Positions 29,731-52,397 are shown, counted from the stretch's first letter. The stretch is DNA of 64,000 bases from an uncultured Gemmatimonadales bacterium (GCA_963741945.1 CAVUKA010000001.1:672001-736000), one strand, 5' to 3'. Made by a program: numbers and translations. The notes: generated by a model from the letters alone, not told the origin.

Positions 29731-30267
29731 CTATGCGCCCGTCTTGCCCGCCTTGCGGCGGACCTGTTCACCCTGGTAGCGGATGCCCTTGCCCTTGTAG
29801 GGCTCGGGCGGCCGCACGGCCCGCAGCTCCGCCGCGACCTGGCCGACCTTCTGCTTGTCGATCCCTTCCACCACGATCGTCGTCTGGTTCGGCGTGGTGA
29901 TGGAGATCCCTTCCGGCTCCGGGTACTTCACTTCGTGCGAGTACCCTACGGTCAGAACCAGCGTGTCCCCGCGCTTGTCCGCGCGATAGCCCACACCCAC
30001 GATCTCCAGCCCCTTGCGGAACCCGTCCGTCACGCCTTCCACCATGTTCGCCAGCAGCGCACGCGTGAGGCCGTGATACGCGCGGTGTTGCTTCGACTCG
30101 GCCGCCCGCGTCACCACCACCTGCCCGTCCTCCACGCTCACGCCCACTTCGGGGCGGATCCGCTGCTCCAGCTCGCCCTTCGGACCTGTCACCCGAACGG
30201 CACTCCCGTCCACTGTGACGGCCACGCCCGCCGGGATCTCGATCGGCGCCTTCCCGATTCTCGACAT
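29731..30267 (-). CDS. rplF: 50S ribosomal protein L6
   Basis: MSRIGK, RPPEPYKGKGIRY. Confidence 0.97.
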   Translation of the reverse strand: MSRIGKAPIEIPAGVAVTVDGSAVRVTGPKGELEQRIRPEVGVSVEDGQVVVTRAAESKQHRAYHGLTRALLANMVEGVTDGFRKGLEIVGVGYRADKRGDTLVLTVGYSHEVKYPEPEGISITTPNQTTIVVEGIDKQKVGQVAAELRAVRPPEPYKGKGIRYQGEQVRRKAGKTGA

Positions 30268-30276
30268 CGTCCCCCC

Positions 30277-30669
30277 CTACCAGATCGCGGCGAGGATCTC
30301 GCCGCCGACGTTCTGCGCACGCGCCTCGCGGTCGGTCATGACGCCGCGCGACGTGGAGACGATGGCCATCCCCAGTCCGCTCCGGATCCGGGGCAGAGAG
30401 GCGACTCCAGCGTAGTGGCGACGGCCCGGCCTCGACATCCGCTGGATGTCGCGGATCACCGGCTTGCCGTCGTGGTACTTGAGATACAGCCGCAGCACCC
30501 CGTGGCGCCCGTCATCCAGGACCTTGAAGTCGTGGATGAAGGCGTTCTCCTGGAGGATCCGGGCGATCTCCGCCTTCAGCTTCGACACCGGCATGTCCAC
30601 GCGCCGGTGGCCCGCACGCGACGCGTTGCGGACCCGCGACAGCATGTCGGCGATAGGGTCGGTCATCAT
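30277..30669 (-). CDS. rpsH: 30S ribosomal protein S8
   Basis: [18 protein letters not shown]. Confidence 0.97.
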   Translation of the reverse strand: MMTDPIADMLSRVRNASRAGHRRVDMPVSKLKAEIARILQENAFIHDFKVLDDGRHGVLRLYLKYHDGKPVIRDIQRMSRPGRRHYAGVASLPRIRSGLGMAIVSTSRGVMTDREARAQNVGGEILAAIW

Positions 30670-30727
30670 TTCAGTTCACCTGCTCCTATAGTATCCGGCC
30701 ATCCCTTCGGTGCCGGACTTGTAGAAG

Positions 30728-30755
30728 TTCGAAATTCGAAGTTCGACCTTCGAAT
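30728..30755. repeat. 7-mer tandem repeat TTCGANN x4 in the rpsN-rpsH spacer
   Basis: TTCGAAA TTCGAAG TTCGACC TTCGAAT. Confidence 0.75.
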
Positions 30756-30760
30756 CCCGC

Positions 30761-30952
30761 TCACCAGCTGGCCTTGCGGACGCCCGGGATCTCGCCCTTC
30801 AGGGCCATCTCGCGGAAGCAGATCCGGCACACGCCGAACTTCCGGTAGTAGGCCCGACCCCGCCCGCACCGGTTGCACCGGTTGTTCTGGCGCACCGCGT
30901 ACTTGAGCTTCTTCGGGTCCCGCTGCTTTTCGATCTGTGACTTGCGTGCCAT
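30761..30952 (-). CDS. rpsN: 30S ribosomal protein S14, zinc-binding type Z
   Basis: [25 protein letters not shown]. Confidence 0.96.
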   Translation of the reverse strand: MARKSQIEKQRDPKKLKYAVRQNNRCNRCGRGRAYYRKFGVCRICFREMALKGEIPGVRKASW

Positions 30953-30960
30953 GCGCTCCC

Positions 30961-31554
30961 CTATTCCTCCGCCGGGCCGGCGATTTCTTCGCCCCCGACC
31001 ACGATCGGCGTCTCGCCCCGGAAGGGCAGTCCCATCTCGCGCAGGAGCGCGAACGCCTCGTCATCCTTGTCGGTGGTGGTGACCAGCACGATATCCATGC
31101 CGTGCACGTTGTCCACCTTGTCGTACTCGATCTCGGGGAAAATGAGCTGCTCCTTCACGCCCAGTGTGTAGTTCCCGCGGCCATCGAAGGCGCGGGTGGG
31201 CAGGCCGCGGAAGTCCCGGATCCGGGGCATGGCCACATTGACCAGCCGGTCCAGGAACTCGTACATCCGCTGGCCCCGCAGCGTCACCTTGGCCCCGACG
31301 GGCATGTTCTCGCGCAGCCCGAAATTCGAGATGGACTTGCGCGCCTTCGTGATCACGGGCTTCTGCCCGGTGATCATGCCCAGCTCGTCCACCACGGCGT
31401 CGAGCAGCTTCGGGTTCCTGACCGCCTCCCCCATTCCCACATTGACCACGATCTTCTCGAGTCGGGGGACGCGGTACTGGTTCTCGAACTCGAACTGGTC
31501 CATGAGCCGCGGGGTGACCCGCTCGTCGTAATGCTGCTGCAGTCTCGGCTTCAT
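30961..31554 (-). CDS. rplE: 50S ribosomal protein L5
   Basis: [24 protein letters not shown]. Confidence 0.97.
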   Translation of the reverse strand: MKPRLQQHYDERVTPRLMDQFEFENQYRVPRLEKIVVNVGMGEAVRNPKLLDAVVDELGMITGQKPVITKARKSISNFGLRENMPVGAKVTLRGQRMYEFLDRLVNVAMPRIRDFRGLPTRAFDGRGNYTLGVKEQLIFPEIEYDKVDNVHGMDIVLVTTTDKDDEAFALLREMGLPFRGETPIVVGGEEIAGPAEE

Positions 31555-31570
31555 CTCTCTCGAGCTCTCC

Positions 31571-31954
31571 TCAGTCCTGCGCCTTCGGGATCGGATTCCC
31601 GCTCTTCGCCGAGATCCGCTCCTTCGTCCCGTCATCCTCCACGCGGTAGCGAACGCGCGTGGGCTCGCCCGTGCTCGGGTCGATGAGCATCACGTTGGAC
31701 GCGTGGATCGGCTCCTCGTACTCCATGATCCCGCCCTCCGGGTTCTGGTCCGTGGGACGCGTGTGGTGCTTGCGCAGGTTCACGCCCTCCACCACCACAC
31801 GGGCCTCCTTCGGCAGCACCCGAAGCACGGTTCCCTCCGTCCCGGCGAAGTTGCCCCGGATCACCTTCACCCGATCGCCCCGCCGGACGCTCATCTTCCC
31901 CGCCTGCTTCCTGCCCCCGGTCGCCCGGTGCATTCCTGGCATGAAACGCGGCAT
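31571..31954 (-). CDS. rplX: 50S ribosomal protein L24
   Basis: [21 protein letters not shown]. Confidence 0.95.
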   Translation of the reverse strand: MPRFMPGMHRATGGRKQAGKMSVRRGDRVKVIRGNFAGTEGTVLRVLPKEARVVVEGVNLRKHHTRPTDQNPEGGIMEYEEPIHASNVMLIDPSTGEPTRVRYRVEDDGTKERISAKSGNPIPKAQD

Positions 31955-32322
31955 CAGATCACCTCCGGCGCCAGCGAAACGATCTTCATGAAGCGCTTCT
32001 CGCGCAGCTCCCGGCCCACGGGCCCGAAGATGCGGGTCGCGCGCGGCTCACCGGCGTCGTTGATGATCACGGCCGCGTTGTCGTCGAATCGGATGTAGCT
32101 GCCATCCTTGCGACGCGTCTCCTTAGCCGTTCGCACCACCACTGCCTTCGCCACTTCCCCCTTCTTCACCGTGCCATCGGGGAGCGCGTCCTTGACGGCC
32201 ACCACGATGATATCGCCCACGCGGGCGTAACGCCGACGCGAGCCGCCGAGCACGCGAATGCACTTCGCCTGCTTGGCGCCGCTGTTGTCGGCGATCCGGA
32301 CCATCGATTCCTGCTGGATCAT
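31954..32322 (-). CDS. rplN: 50S ribosomal protein L14
   Basis: ADNSGAK, RIFGPV, SLAPEV. Confidence 0.97.
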   Translation of the reverse strand: MIQQESMVRIADNSGAKQAKCIRVLGGSRRRYARVGDIIVVAVKDALPDGTVKKGEVAKAVVVRTAKETRRKDGSYIRFDDNAAVIINDAGEPRATRIFGPVGRELREKRFMKIVSLAPEVI

Positions 32323-32329
32323 CGTCGCC

Positions 32330-32593
32330 TCACTCCGCCCGCATCAGGATCTCGACCACCCGCCAGCGCTTGGTCTTCGAGAGCGGCCGCGTCTCCATGA
32401 TCCGCACCCTGTCCCCCATGCGGGTCTCGTTGGCCTCGTCGTGGGCTTTGAACTTCTTCGTCCTCAGGACCTGCTTCCCGTAGATCGGGTGCGCGCTGCG
32501 ACGCTCCACGGCCACCACGACCGTCTTGTCCATCCGGTCGCTGACCACCACCCCGATCCGGGTCTTCCGGTTGTTGCGAATGTTCTCCGCCAT
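32330..32593 (-). CDS. rpsQ: 30S ribosomal protein S17
   Basis: [22 protein letters not shown]. Confidence 0.97.
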   Translation of the reverse strand: MAENIRNNRKTRIGVVVSDRMDKTVVVAVERRSAHPIYGKQVLRTKKFKAHDEANETRMGDRVRIMETRPLSKTKRWRVVEILMRAE

Positions 32594-32594
32594 C

Positions 32595-32798
32595 TCAGCC
32601 CCCCGCCTGCTCGAGCTCGCGCTCCCGCAGGATCGTTTTCATGCGCGCGATGTCCCGCCGGAGCGTGCGCACGAGCATCGGATTCTCCAGCAGCTGCGTG
32701 GCACTGCGGAAGCGCAGGCGGAACAGCTCCTCCTGGGCTTCCGCGATCTTCTGCTCGATATCGGGATCCGCCAGATCCCGGAGCTCTTCCGGCCTCAC
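32595..32798 (-). CDS. rpmC: 50S ribosomal protein L29
   Basis: [19 protein letters not shown]. Confidence 0.95.
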   Translation of the reverse strand: MRPEELRDLADPDIEQKIAEAQEELFRLRFRSATQLLENPMLVRTLRRDIARMKTILRERELEQAGG

Positions 32799-33220
32799 CC
32801 TTCACCTCCGTGTTGCGCGCGGATCACGAACCGGCTCTTCACGGGCAGCTTGGCCGCGGCCAGCTCGAACGCGCGGCGCGCCACGGTCTCCGGCACACCC
32901 TCCAGCTCGAACATCATCCGCCCCGGCTTCACCACCGCCACCCAGTACTCCGGGTTCCCCTTCCCCTTCCCCATCCGCGTCTCCGCCGGCTTCTTCGTCA
33001 CCGGCTTGTCGGGGAAGATGCGGATCCAGACCTTGCCGCCCCGCTTGATGTGGCGCGTCATCGCCACACGGGCCGCCTCGATCTGCCGGTTCGTCACCCA
33101 GCCGGGCTCCAGGGTCTGCAGGCCATAGTCGCCGAACGCGACCGTGTTCCCGCGGTGGGCCATCCCGCGCGTCCGGCCCTTCATCTGCTTCCGGTACTTG
33201 ACTCTCTTCGGCGCCAGCAT
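32795..33220 (-). CDS. rplP: 50S ribosomal protein L16
   Basis: [15 protein letters not shown]. Confidence 0.97.
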   Translation of the reverse strand: MLAPKRVKYRKQMKGRTRGMAHRGNTVAFGDYGLQTLEPGWVTNRQIEAARVAMTRHIKRGGKVWIRIFPDKPVTKKPAETRMGKGKGNPEYWVAVVKPGRMMFELEGVPETVARRAFELAAAKLPVKSRFVIRAQHGGEG

Positions 33221-33240
33221 CTCGCTACCTCAGCCCTTCC

Positions 33241-33897
33241 TCAAGCCGTCGAATACGTGCGACCACGCGGCGTCTCCATCACTTCACCCTTGAAGATCCA
33301 GACCTTCACGCCGATGGTCCCGTACGTTGTCTTCGCCGTCGACTGGGCGTAGTCGATGTCGGCCCGGAGCGTGTGCAGCGGCACGCGCCCCTCGTGATAC
33401 CCCTCCGAGCGCGCGATCTCGGCCCCGCCCAGACGGCCGCCGCACTGGATCTTGATCCCCTCCGCGCCGCTCCGCATGGCGCTCTGCACCGCCCGCTTCA
33501 TGGCCCGGCGGAAGCTGATCCGCTGCGTCAGCTGGTGCGCCACGTTGTCCGCCACCAGCTGGGCGTCGATCTCCGGCCGCTTGATCTCCTCCACGTTGAT
33601 GGAGACCTCGCTCTTGGTCAGGTGCGCCAGCTCGTCGCGCAGCTTGTCCACCTCGCTGCCCTGCTTGCCGATCACCACGCCGGGCCGGGCCGTGTGCACC
33701 GTCACCACGATCTTCTGCGGCTTCCGCTCGATCTCCACTTCCGACACGGCCGCGTGCGCCAGTCGGCGGTGAAGGTACTTGCGGATCGTCTCGTCTTCCC
33801 GCAGCAGCGCGCCAAAATTCCGTTCCGCGTACCAGCGGCTCTTCCACGGCTTGATCACGCCGAGGCGGAAGCCCCGGGGGTGTGTCTTCTGACCCAT
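33241..33897 (-). CDS. rpsC: 30S ribosomal protein S3
   Basis: [27 protein letters not shown]. Confidence 0.97.
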   Translation of the reverse strand: MGQKTHPRGFRLGVIKPWKSRWYAERNFGALLREDETIRKYLHRRLAHAAVSEVEIERKPQKIVVTVHTARPGVVIGKQGSEVDKLRDELAHLTKSEVSINVEEIKRPEIDAQLVADNVAHQLTQRISFRRAMKRAVQSAMRSGAEGIKIQCGGRLGGAEIARSEGYHEGRVPLHTLRADIDYAQSTAKTTYGTIGVKVWIFKGEVMETPRGRTYSTA

Positions 33898-33899
33898 CC

Positions 33900-34250
33900 T
33901 TACTCCTTCGTGTCCACGACGACGGTCACGTGCGCGGTAGGCCGTCGGATCGGCGCCGGCCGCCCCATGGCCGCCGCTCTCCACCGCTTGTAGTATGGCC
34001 CCTCGTCCACGAACGCCTCTTTCACGTACAACTCGTCCACGTCCACGAGCTCGCCCGCCACCTCCGCCTTGTGCCGCGCGTTCGCCACTGCGCTGCGCAG
34101 CGTCTTGTCGATCGCCGTCGCCGCCCGCTTCTTCGTGAACTGAAGCATTGCGTACGCGTCGTTCACGCTGCGGCCGCGGATCAGGTCCACCACCAGCCGC
34201 ATCTTCTGCGGGCTCTGCCGGATATCCCGGGAAATCGCCTTCGCTTCCAT
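33900..34250 (-). CDS. rplV: 50S ribosomal protein L22
   Basis: [20 protein letters not shown]. Confidence 0.96.
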   Translation of the reverse strand: MEAKAISRDIRQSPQKMRLVVDLIRGRSVNDAYAMLQFTKKRAATAIDKTLRSAVANARHKAEVAGELVDVDELYVKEAFVDEGPYYKRWRAAAMGRPAPIRRPTAHVTVVVDTKE

Positions 34251-34534
34251 CACATCCTCGACCGCTTGTCGGCCAGCTTCCCGCCATGACCGCGGAACAG
34301 CCGGGTCGGCGCGAACTCGCCGAGCTTGTGTCCGACCATGTTCTCCGTGATGTAGACCGGGATGAACTTGTTCCCGTTGTGCACCGCCAGCGTGTGCCCC
34401 ACGAACTCCGGCGAGATCGTGGACGCCCGCGCCCACGTCTTCAGCACACGCTTCTGGTTGCGCGAGTTCATCTTCTCGATCTTCAGGAGAAGCTTGTCAT
34501 CGATATACGGGCCCTTCTTGATCGAACGCGACAT
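34250..34534 (-). CDS. rpsS: 30S ribosomal protein S19
   Basis: [22 protein letters not shown]. Confidence 0.97.
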   Translation of the reverse strand: MSRSIKKGPYIDDKLLLKIEKMNSRNQKRVLKTWARASTISPEFVGHTLAVHNGNKFIPVYITENMVGHKLGEFAPTRLFRGHGGKLADKRSRM

Positions 34535-34542
34535 GGCTCTCC

Positions 34543-35385
34543 TTACTTCGTCGACTTCCCGCGCTTGCGACCGCGCACAATGTACTTGCCGGAGTCCTTC
34601 TTCGGCTTCCGCGTCTTCTTCCCTTCCGGCTTCCCCCACGGCGACGTCGGCGGACGACCGCCGCTCGAGCGACCCTCGCCCCCGCCCAGCGGGTGGTCCA
34701 CCGGGTTCATCGCCACACCCCGCACCTTCGGCCGCCTGCCCCGCCAGCGCGACGCCCCCGCCTTCCCCAGCACCTGGAGCTCGTGGTCGGTGTTCCCCAC
34801 CTGTCCGATCGTGGCGATGCAGCTGCGACGCACCATCCGCACTTCCGTCGATGGCAGCCGCAGCGTGACGAACTCGCCCTCCTTCGCCATGACCTGCGCG
34901 CCCGAGCCGGCACTGCGCACCATCTGCGCGCCCTTGCCCGGCTTCATCTCCACGCAGTGGACCGTGCTGCCCAGCGGGATCTCGCCCAGCGGCAGCGCGT
35001 TCCCCAGGCGCGGGTCCGAGCCCGGCCCGCTCACGATGGTCGCACCCTGCTCCAGCCCCGTCGGGTGCAGGATGTAGCGCTTCTCGCCATCCGCGTAGTG
35101 GATCAGCGCGATGTGCGCCGTGCGGTTCGGATCGTACTCGATCTCCGCCACGCGCCCGGGCACCCCGTGCTTGTCCCGCTTGAAGTCGATCTTGCGGTAG
35201 CGGCGCTTGTGGCCCCCGCCCCGCCGGCGCATGGTGATATGGCCGTGATGGTTGCGCCCGCCCTTCTTGCGCACGGGCTCCGTCAGCGACCGCTCGGGCT
35301 CGCTCCGGGTGATCACGTCGCCGGTGGCGGTGACGGACCGGAAGCGTGTGCCGGGCGTGATCGCCTTGAACTTCTTGATCGGCAT
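34543..35385 (-). CDS. rplB: 50S ribosomal protein L2
   Basis: [18 protein letters not shown]. Confidence 0.97.
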   Translation of the reverse strand: MPIKKFKAITPGTRFRSVTATGDVITRSEPERSLTEPVRKKGGRNHHGHITMRRRGGGHKRRYRKIDFKRDKHGVPGRVAEIEYDPNRTAHIALIHYADGEKRYILHPTGLEQGATIVSGPGSDPRLGNALPLGEIPLGSTVHCVEMKPGKGAQMVRSAGSGAQVMAKEGEFVTLRLPSTEVRMVRRSCIATIGQVGNTDHELQVLGKAGASRWRGRRPKVRGVAMNPVDHPLGGGEGRSSGGRPPTSPWGKPEGKKTRKPKKDSGKYIVRGRKRGKSTK

Positions 35386-35675
35386 CAGATCCCCTCGTAC
35401 ACGTCGATGCGCTCGCCCTCGGCGAGCTTCACGATCGCCTTCTTGAAGCCGGCCCGGCGGCCCACGTTCCGGCCGACGCGCCGCGTCTTGCCCCGATACC
35501 GCATGGTGCGCACGGACTTCACTTTCACATCGAACAGCTGCTCGACGGCGTGGCGGATGTCGATCTTGTTCGCATCCGTGGCCACGATGAAGGTGAACGC
35601 ATCCTGCTCATCGGCCATGATGGTGCTGCGCTCTGTCACGACCGGGCGGATGATCACGTCGCGGGCCTCACGCAT
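35385..35675 (-). CDS. rplW: 50S ribosomal protein L23
   Basis: PVVTE, ANKIDI, KKAIVKL. Confidence 0.96.
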   Translation of the reverse strand: MREARDVIIRPVVTERSTIMADEQDAFTFIVATDANKIDIRHAVEQLFDVKVKSVRTMRYRGKTRRVGRNVGRRAGFKKAIVKLAEGERIDVYEGI

Positions 35676-36294
35676 GGGCCACCTCCCCGGCGCGCTCCAG
35701 CGCCCCATCCTCGATGATCACCGTGTCGGCCCAGAGCACGTCGTAGGTGGTCTCCTCGCCGAACGGAGCCACCTGCACCCCCTGGAGATTGCGCACGGAC
35801 TTCCAGATCGTGGGCTTGTGGCCGTCCGTCAGGAGCAGGACGTTGCCCAGGATCTCGGCGCCGCCGAGCATGCCGACGATGACTTTCGTCTTCGGTGCGT
35901 CCAGGTCCAGCGCCTGGACCACGAGCAGCCGTCCATCCAGTGCCCGCGCGTTGAACGCGGAGCGCCGCGCCAGCCACTTCAGCTTCTTCGGCACGGTCTC
36001 CTTGTAGTTCCGCCCGGGCCGTGGGCCGAACACGTTGCCGCCGCCGCGCCACTGGGCCGCGCGAATGCTCCCCTGGCGAGCTCGGCCGGTGCCCTTCTGG
36101 CGCCACGGCTTGTGGTTCCCGCCGCTCACGGCCGCGCGGGTCTTGGTGGACGCGGTGGCCTGGCGCTGATTGGCCAGATACGCCTTCACCGCCTGCCACA
36201 TCGCCGGCTCGTGGACCACGCCGTCGAACAGCGATTCGGGAAGATCCCGCTCGCCCTCGCGCGCGCCCTCGATGGTGATGATCGGTGCCTTCAT
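35668..36294 (-). CDS. rplD: 50S ribosomal protein L4
   Basis: [15 protein letters not shown]. Confidence 0.97.
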   Translation of the reverse strand: MKAPIITIEGAREGERDLPESLFDGVVHEPAMWQAVKAYLANQRQATASTKTRAAVSGGNHKPWRQKGTGRARQGSIRAAQWRGGGNVFGPRPGRNYKETVPKKLKWLARRSAFNARALDGRLLVVQALDLDAPKTKVIVGMLGGAEILGNVLLLTDGHKPTIWKSVRNLQGVQVAPFGEETTYDVLWADTVIIEDGALERAGEVAHA

Positions 36295-36315
36295 CCTCGT
36301 TTGCTCCCGTCCCGC

Positions 36316-36936
36316 TTACTGCACACGGATCAGCACCGTGGCGTTCTTCGCCCCCGGCACCGAACCGCGCAGAAAGATCAGGTTGCGTTCCGCGTCCACG
36401 CGCTCCACCCGCAGGTTCCGGATGGTGTGCCGCGCGTTGCCCATCTGACCGGGCAGCTTCTTCCCCTTGATGACGCGCGACGGATTCGTCCCTGGCCCGA
36501 TGGAGCCCGGGTTGCGCGACATCGGGTGGCCGTGGCCGCCGGGACGGCCACCGAAGCCGTGCCGCTTGACCACGCCCTGGAAGCCGCGACCCTTCGTGGT
36601 CCCGGTCACCTTGACCCGCTGCCCCACCTCGAACTGCTCGACCGTCATTTCCTGACCGGCCTCGTAGCCGCTGGCGTCCTCCACCCGGAACTCGCGCAGC
36701 ACCACCGGTGCCGCGTCCAGCCCGGCCGTCGCGGCATGCGCCCGCGTCGCCCTGGTGGAGTGCTTCTCCTTGCGCGACTCGAACCCGAGCTGGATCGCTT
36801 CGTAGCCATCCGTCGCCTCGGTCTTCACCTGGACGACCGGGCAGGGACCCGCCTGGATCACCGTAACCGGGATCGCCGCGCCTTCCTCGTCGAACAGCTG
36901 GGTCATGCCCAGCTTGCGACCAATCAATCCAGCCAT
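36316..36936 (-). CDS. rplC: 50S ribosomal protein L3
   Basis: GRKLGMTQ, KGRGFQG. Confidence 0.97.
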   Translation of the reverse strand: MAGLIGRKLGMTQLFDEEGAAIPVTVIQAGPCPVVQVKTEATDGYEAIQLGFESRKEKHSTRATRAHAATAGLDAAPVVLREFRVEDASGYEAGQEMTVEQFEVGQRVKVTGTTKGRGFQGVVKRHGFGGRPGGHGHPMSRNPGSIGPGTNPSRVIKGKKLPGQMGNARHTIRNLRVERVDAERNLIFLRGSVPGAKNATVLIRVQ

Positions 36937-36940
36937 GACC

Positions 36941-37252
36941 TCAGTCCACCTTGATTTCGACGTCCACGCCCGCCGGAAGATCCAGCTTGGTCAGCGCGTC
37001 GATCGTCTGGGGTCGGGAGTCGAAAATGTCGATGACACGCTTGTGCGTCCGCTGCTCGAACTGCTCGCGGCTCTTCTTGTCGATGTGCGGCGAGCGCAGC
37101 ACCGTCCAGCGCTGGATACGGGTCGGCAGCGGGATCGGCCCGCTCACGCGCGCACCCGTCTTCTCCGCCGTACGAACGATATCCGACGCCGTCTGATCGA
37201 TCACCGCGTGATCGAACGCCTTCAGCCTGATCCGGATCTTGTCCTGGGCCAT
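36941..37252 (-). CDS. rpsJ: 30S ribosomal protein S10
   Basis: [22 protein letters not shown]. Confidence 0.97.
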   Translation of the reverse strand: MAQDKIRIRLKAFDHAVIDQTASDIVRTAEKTGARVSGPIPLPTRIQRWTVLRSPHIDKKSREQFEQRTHKRVIDIFDSRPQTIDALTKLDLPAGVDVEIKVD

Positions 37253-37266
37253 TGCGTTCTCCGCCC

Positions 37267-38454
<1,188 letters not shown>

Positions 38455-38469
38455 CGCTCTTCCCCTCGC

Positions 38470-40566
<2,097 letters not shown>

Positions 40567-40763
40567 GCTCTAAAACTCGATCTCCCGATGTTCTGGTCCC
40601 CGGATTTCAGCAGTCCGCGGGCAAGGCCATACTGCCAGGCCCGCCCGCGTTCGCCGCATCGCCTCGCTACGTCCACCGAGGTTGCGACCCTTCCAGATTG
40701 TCCCTCTCCGACCGCCGCCTCACCGCTCCGGGAGACCTTCGATCCGAGAACCGACTCCTCGTT

Positions 40764-41234
40764 CTACCAGCGGTAGTGCGCGAACGCCTTGTTCGCTTCC
40801 GCCATACGGTGCGTGTCGTCCTTCCGCTTGACCGCACTCCCCTCGTTCCGGCTCGCCGACAGCAGCTCCGCGGCCAGGCGCTCCGCCATGGTCCGCTCCG
40901 TCCGCTGACGGCTGTACTGGATCAGCCAGCGCATGGCCAGCGCCGTGCGACGCTCCGGCCGCACCTCCACCGGCACCTGGTACGTCGCGCCACCCACGCG
41001 GCGGCTCTTCACTTCCACCGCCGGCTTCACGTTGGTCAGCCCCTGATCGAACACCTTGAAGGCCGGCTGTCCGGTCTTCTCCTCGATCACCCGCATGGCC
41101 TCGTAGAAGATGCCCTCTGCAATGGACTTCTTCCCGTCCACCATCAGGTTGTTGATGAACTTCGTCACCACATCGGACCCGTACTTCGGATCCGCCGGGA
41201 CAACCCGCCTGACCGCGCTCGTACGTCGGCTCAT
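40764..41234 (-). CDS. rpsG: 30S ribosomal protein S7
   Basis: [23 protein letters not shown]. Confidence 0.97.
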   Translation of the reverse strand: MSRRTSAVRRVVPADPKYGSDVVTKFINNLMVDGKKSIAEGIFYEAMRVIEEKTGQPAFKVFDQGLTNVKPAVEVKSRRVGGATYQVPVEVRPERRTALAMRWLIQYSRQRTERTMAERLAAELLSASRNEGSAVKRKDDTHRMAEANKAFAHYRW

Positions 41235-41235
41235 C

Positions 41236-41607
41236 TTACCTCGGCCTCTTCGCGCCGTACTTCGACCGGCTCTGTCGCCGGTCCTGCACTCCGCTCGCGT
41301 CCAGCGTGCCGCGGATCACGTGATAGCGCACGCCCGGAAGGTCCTTCACACGCCCACCCCGGATCAGCACGATCGAGTGCTCCTGGAGGTTGTGACCCTC
41401 ACCCGGGATGTACGCCGTAACCTCGTACCCGTTCGTGAGCCGCACACGCGCCACTTTCCGCAGCGCGGAGTTCGGCTTCTTGGGCGTCGTGGTGTACACC
41501 CGGGTGCACACGCCACGCCGCTGCGGGTTCCCCTGAAGCGCGGGCGCCTTGTCGGCCTTCCCCACCTCTTTGCGACCCTTGCGCACGAGCTGATTGATCG
41601 TCGGCAT
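41236..41607 (-). CDS. rpsL: 30S ribosomal protein S12
   Basis: [31 protein letters not shown]. Confidence 0.98.
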   Translation of the reverse strand: MPTINQLVRKGRKEVGKADKAPALQGNPQRRGVCTRVYTTTPKKPNSALRKVARVRLTNGYEVTAYIPGEGHNLQEHSIVLIRGGRVKDLPGVRYHVIRGTLDASGVQDRRQSRSKYGAKRPR

Positions 41608-41703
41608 TCGCTTCCGTTTTCCCCGCCACTCGACTCCGATAAAAAGCGCGGGAGCCGGGGCCCCCGCCACGTCCGCCTCAATCGCAGGCCGGACAGACTT
41701 GGA

Positions 41704-41732
41704 AAGGTAAGGGGGGGTTGTGGAGGTGTCAA
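41704..41732 (-). promoter_or_regulatory. sigma70 promoter of the str/S10 operon
   Basis: Minus strand TTGACA-17 nt-TACCTT, about 100 nt upstream of rpsL. Confidence 0.7.
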
Positions 41733-42820
41733 CACCCGGGCACTGCATTCGCGGCAAGCTCGGGCACATCCTGACCCACCTGCTCGCGCTGGTACTCAGC
41801 CTCGAGCAGTACCGGCGGAAGAGCGAGGGCCTCCGGTCGAATTTCGGGGTGGTCGTTCCGCACGATCTCCCAGGGTGTTCGTTTGCCTTTGTAGCCGTTG
41901 GGCCGGGCAAAGTTGAAGTAGTGCTGATAGATCGTACCCTTCCGGAGGAAATCCTCCAGGTCTTCGTAATGCTCCAGGTCGAACAGTTCGTCCTCGATCA
42001 GCCGGTGCAGTGACTCCACGTCGGCATTGGCATTCGGCCACCGCGGCGGCGTGTAGAGATGGCGGGCGCCGCAGGTCTTCCGGACCGTATGGACGAAGCC
42101 AAAGTCTCGCTTCTTCCGCTGGCCACCGCTGAATTCACTGCCCCGATCCGTCTGGACCGTCACCAGAGCAGGGTCGATCCCGTAGTGCTCCAGGTGGTTC
42201 AGGCACCGCTTCATCAGCAGCGAAGCGTACGTGGTCGTGAGCTGATGACCGAAGCCCAGAAAGAGCGCGCCGCTCTTCGTGTCCCGGATCGTGTACTCGT
42301 ACTTCGGCAGCCCCAGCGCCTCCATCTGCGCCCAGTAGTTCGGGATGTCCCACAGATACTTCACGTCCATCTGCAGGTGCGTGAGCGCCTTGTACTGCGC
42401 TTTCACCGCCCGAAGATCCGCCTGCTTCTCCCGCTTCTTGCGCTGCCGCCGCGTCAGCCGCCGCTCTCGAAGGATCCGGCCGATCGCACTGACTCCGGGC
42501 GTGAGCTCAAACAGATCCTTCAGCCGCTCCGGGCCGAAGCAGGGTACCGCCTCTCGCGCTGCCACGACCTTCTCCTCTTCGGCCGTCGATGTCTTGTGCG
42601 GAATCCGGTGCGGAGCTCGGCTCCCATCCTTGAGCCCTCTCGCTCCTTCGGCCTCGAATCCTCGCTTCCACTTCCGGACGGTGTTTCGGCTGCACCGGAA
42701 ATCTCGGGCGGCCGCTCGGATCCCGTGCTCCTGCGCATATCGCACCAGGTCCAGACGGAACTCCCAACGACTTGCTTCCACTTTTCCTCGCAGGCTGCTA
42801 CGGTAACTGGGCGGGTTCAT
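41729..42820 (-). CDS. IS481-like DDE transposase (HTH plus rve integrase core)
   Basis: [46 protein letters not shown] and [11 protein letters not shown]. Confidence 0.88.
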   Translation of the reverse strand: MNPPSYRSSLRGKVEASRWEFRLDLVRYAQEHGIRAAARDFRCSRNTVRKWKRGFEAEGARGLKDGSRAPHRIPHKTSTAEEEKVVAAREAVPCFGPERLKDLFELTPGVSAIGRILRERRLTRRQRKKREKQADLRAVKAQYKALTHLQMDVKYLWDIPNYWAQMEALGLPKYEYTIRDTKSGALFLGFGHQLTTTYASLLMKRCLNHLEHYGIDPALVTVQTDRGSEFSGGQRKKRDFGFVHTVRKTCGARHLYTPPRWPNANADVESLHRLIEDELFDLEHYEDLEDFLRKGTIYQHYFNFARPNGYKGKRTPWEIVRNDHPEIRPEALALPPVLLEAEYQREQVGQDVPELAANAVPGC

Positions 42821-43089
42821 GAGGCCTCCGCTGTCGGTTGGGACAGCGACCTACACCGAGCGCTAACTCGGGCAGGCCTTGTGAACCCGTTTTTTACATC
42901 TGGATCGGGTCCTCCGGCAACTCCCTCACAAAGCGTCGCCTCCCGCGCCTGCGGCGCTTCGGCGTTCGAACACCCCCGCTGTCAAACAGCTGATCCCACA
43001 CCGTCCAGAACCGCTCCCGCCCCACCACCCCAAAACACACCAGCTCCACATCGCGAGGGGGTGGGTCAATATGTGCCGGGGCTATTGCG
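41751..43089 (-). mobile_element. Insertion sequence (~1.34 kb) with imperfect ~25-30-bp TIRs and 14-16-bp flanking direct repeats
   Basis: Left AGCTCGGGCACATCCTGACCCACC vs right (rc) AGCCCCGGCACATATTGACCCACC; flanks CGGGCACTGCAT(T/C)CGC at 41737-41752 and 43090-43105. Confidence 0.8.
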
Positions 43090-43166
43090 CGGGCACTGCA
43101 TCCGCTGTGTGCCGGGCCCCGGCGGCGCCTTCACCACGGCGCCGGACGCGTGTCACGCGAAGGAAC

Positions 43167-43210
43167 GGGGAACCCGCCCGGGCCGGCGAGCCGGCCCGGG
43201 CGGGTTCCCC
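43167..43210 (-). terminator. Perfect ~20-bp hairpin downstream of rpoC, weak U-tract
   Basis: GGGGAACCCGCCCGGGCCGGC-GA-GCCGGCCCGGGCGGGTTCCCC. Confidence 0.65.
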
Positions 43211-43235
43211 CGCGTCTCCGCGTCCTTCCCGTCCG

Positions 43236-47555
<4,320 letters not shown>

Positions 47556-47570
47556 TCAGTCTTCCCCCTT

Positions 47571-51773
<4,203 letters not shown>

Positions 51774-52003
51774 GACGGACCCCTCCTCAAGCACTCGCGG
51801 TCCGGTGCCCAAGCGCAGAAAGCCCCGGCCACCCCTTCAGGGGGGCGGGGTCGCTTGGTCGGACCAGAATTGTAGGTTTGTTCGAACCCAAGAGCATTAA
51901 TGCCTCGTTCGCAGCCGAAGGACCGGTGCCGTGCGTCGTCCCGCGAAGGCGGATCGAGCGGCGTCGGCCACCACCCGATCCGCCCGGGAACTTGCAGGCC
52001 GGC

Positions 52004-52375
52004 CTACTTCAACTCGACCGTGGCGCCCTGCTCCTCCAGCTTCGCCTTGATCTGCTCGGCCTCGTCCTTCGAGACGGCTTCCTTCACCGTGCTCGGCGCG
52101 CCGTCCACCAGATCCTTGGCTTCCTTCAGTCCCAGGCTCGTGACCTCACGGACCACCTTGATCACCTGGATCTTCTTCCCGCCGATCTCCTTCAGGACGA
52201 CGTCGAACTCGTCCTTCTCCTCGGCCACCTCCGCCGGAGCCCCGGCGGGGGCCGCCGCCGGCGCCGCCATCATGGCGGTCACGCCGAACTTCTCCTTGAA
52301 CGCGTCGACGAACTCCGCCAGCTCCATGACGGTCATGTTGCCGATGGCGTCGAGCAGCTCTTCCTTGTTGGCCAT
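52004..52375 (-). CDS. rplL: 50S ribosomal protein L7/L12
   Basis: [20 protein letters not shown]. Confidence 0.97.
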   Translation of the reverse strand: MANKEELLDAIGNMTVMELAEFVDAFKEKFGVTAMMAAPAAAPAGAPAEVAEEKDEFDVVLKEIGGKKIQVIKVVREVTSLGLKEAKDLVDGAPSTVKEAVSKDEAEQIKAKLEEQGATVELK

Positions 52376-52397
52376 GTTCCTTCTTCCCGTTCCTAGG

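Noticed and set aside
41608-41910. N-terminal extension of RpsL (likewise for RpsJ, RpsC, RpsD, Map and SecE in the ORF track)
   Set aside because: Upstream alternative-start artefacts; conserved starts lie downstream.
42821-43089. Bridge/guide RNA matching the IS target site
   Set aside because: Only a 6-bp match (CGGGCA) to the target was found, and the enzyme is DDE-type rather than IS110-type.
51774-52003. Internal rpoB promoter or attenuator
   Set aside because: TACAAT and a GC hairpin are present, but there is no convincing -35; too weak to call.
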